From Basidiobolus meristosporus CBS 931.73 (lineage: Eukaryota > Fungi > Basidiobolomycota), in the NCBI GenBank assembly GCA_002104905.1, contig MCFE01000023.1, forward strand, positions 1 through 64,000: a stretch of DNA of 64,000 nt, given 5' to 3'. Within the stretch, counting starts at the first letter, position 1. The number at the start of each line of letters is the position of its first letter. Positions 62,420-64,000 of the stretch are shown here, piece after piece. The position numbers and the translations under genes were made by a program. Under the pieces are notes generated by a model, which worked only from the letters and a program-made list of their open reading frames with translations, was not told the origin of the DNA and did not search any database.

Positions 62420-63600
62420 TGAGTCCTCTGTATCAATGTTTTCCTTTCATCAGCAGGTGGGAGTCTCCAAGTTGCTGAATCTAGTCAAGGAATTATTTCC
62501 AAAGATGTAGTGAGCTTGCAGATTATGTCAGTAATCACATGTCCCTCCTAAAGTAAAGTTGGAAAAACTCTTGAAAGGTGGTCAGGCAGGATGTTGAGAA
62601 TTCTTGTGTGGTGAGTAACTGTATATTCATAATCAAGTAGAGTATCAAGCCAGTTAGTAAGCATTAGAGGCAGAGTCTTTTGAGTGTGACATAAATAAGG
62701 GCTTGGTTGTCAGTATACAAGGTAAAAGTGTTACCTTATAAATACAGATGAAGCTTCTTTAAGGCAAAGACTATGGCCAGTAGCTCCTTTTTGGCAGCAG
62801 GGTAGCTTTTCTCAGCAACTTGTACAGATCTAGCCTAGAAAGAGATCCAGTGAGGCAAATTTTGGTTGTCATCAAGATAGAGGACTGCTCCTAACCCAAC
62901 AATTGATGTTTCTGTGGCAACAACCAAGGGCTTGGTAAAGTCTGGGTGGGATAAGGTGGGTGCTTGCAGAAACAGTTTGCAGAGTGACTCAAAGGCATGG
63001 TCAGGAGTCTTGTCCCAGGCTGAAGGGAGATCAGGGCTATTGTATAATGCATTCAAAGAGGCACTAAATGAGAGCATGAGTGGGATGTGCTCCATGAGAT
63101 ATTTGAATAATCCAAGATAATGTTGAAGTTGCTTAGTACTAGTGGGCTATGGCCATTCTGAAATGTTGACCAGTTTGGAAGGGTCCAGTTGGTGGAAAGC
63201 TGGTATGACTCTAAATCCAAGTAGACTGATTTTGAGGTGAACAAAACTGCACTTTTCAGCATTGAGAATCAGTCCAGCAGCTGTCAGTCAGTTGATACAT
63301 CTGTGACATAAGTTGCCTGTTCATCACATTTTATCAAAAATGGTAATAAAGCCACAAGCTTGTCAACAAAGAACTATTAAGCTACAATCCCCAACTTAGT
63401 TGGCATCTTAACAAAAGTAAGTGCTGGGCTCAGCATCCATTGAGATGACAATGTACTAAAGCTTCTAAAGTCAAAACAACTGTAAACTCCACCAGCAGGG
63501 ACTAGAAAAGAATGTAGCTATGGTCAATAGTTACAAAGGCAGAAAAGTATCTCTGCCTGTACAAGATCAAATATGGGAAAGAATCATATGTAAAAAAAGA
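62420..63600 (-). mobile_element. Degenerate Ty3/gypsy RT-RNase H remnant
   Basis: W....HAFESLCKLFLQAPTLSHPDFTKPLVVATETS..GLGAVL, then EKSYPAAKKELLAIVFALKK..YL*GNTFTLYTDNQAL, with many stops. Left-hand RH part is clear; the right boundary is approximate. Confidence 0.85.
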
Positions 63601-64000
63601 TACCTACTCTGAGTATTCCTCACAAGTAGTGCCTCTAAGGTCAGTTGGCTGTCAGGACAGTTTCCAGGGAGTGTCCTGTGGTCTGGGATTGGATGCTCAG
63701 GTAGCAGCAGGTAGCAGTGATCACACTAATCAGCAAGTTGGTACATTGATAAGAGGGATGATGATTTATTGTTGTGGGATTGCCCCCCTTATATACTTTT
63801 CTCACTGGCAAAGCTATTACTAATCATGGTCCTTCAGATGGTTCCAGTGATTAAATAGAAATCTTAATGGTATCAGAATGAGTTGAGAATGTTCTAAGTA
63901 GGTACTGGAAGGTTCTAAGAGGCACAGTATGCCCAACCAATCAGCAATCAGTATTTTGAAACCTGTGTAACATAGGGATACAATTCATGATATGGTAGGT

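Noticed and set aside
1-64000. tRNA, rRNA or other structured ncRNA genes
   Set aside because: No convincing cloverleaf (T-loop GTTCRA with matching stems) or rRNA signature was seen by eye. The 8-bp hairpin at 1945-1969 is too short to call.

Overview
Gene-dense, intron-containing fungal genomic DNA. It has a Zn(II)2Cys6 factor and short GT-AG introns, plus animal-like retained genes (a SMARCC-type SWI3 with the N-terminal module, PRL phosphatase, ZNF830, LLPH). This points to an early-diverging fungus; a Basidiobolus-like Zoopagomycota origin is my inference, not proven. The window has three zones. (1) 0.1-38.1 kb: mostly housekeeping genes, plus a solitary, structurally deviant nitrate-reductase-like Moco-heme-FAD enzyme. 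(2) 39.4-54.1 kb: a mirror-image array of A-T-TE NRPS-like genes closely resembling atromentin/terphenylquinone synthetases. It holds one intact copy, two near-intact copies whose frameshifts look like consensus artefacts, and one triply deleted pseudogene. (3) 55-64 kb: a CpG-depleted transposon graveyard with a copia remnant carrying a nested solo LTR, a CACTA/EnSpm-like transposase, a fold-back palindrome and a gypsy remnant. The best candidate for an undescribed system is the amplified quinone-synthetase-like array. All homology calls come from motif recognition by eye; no searches were run.
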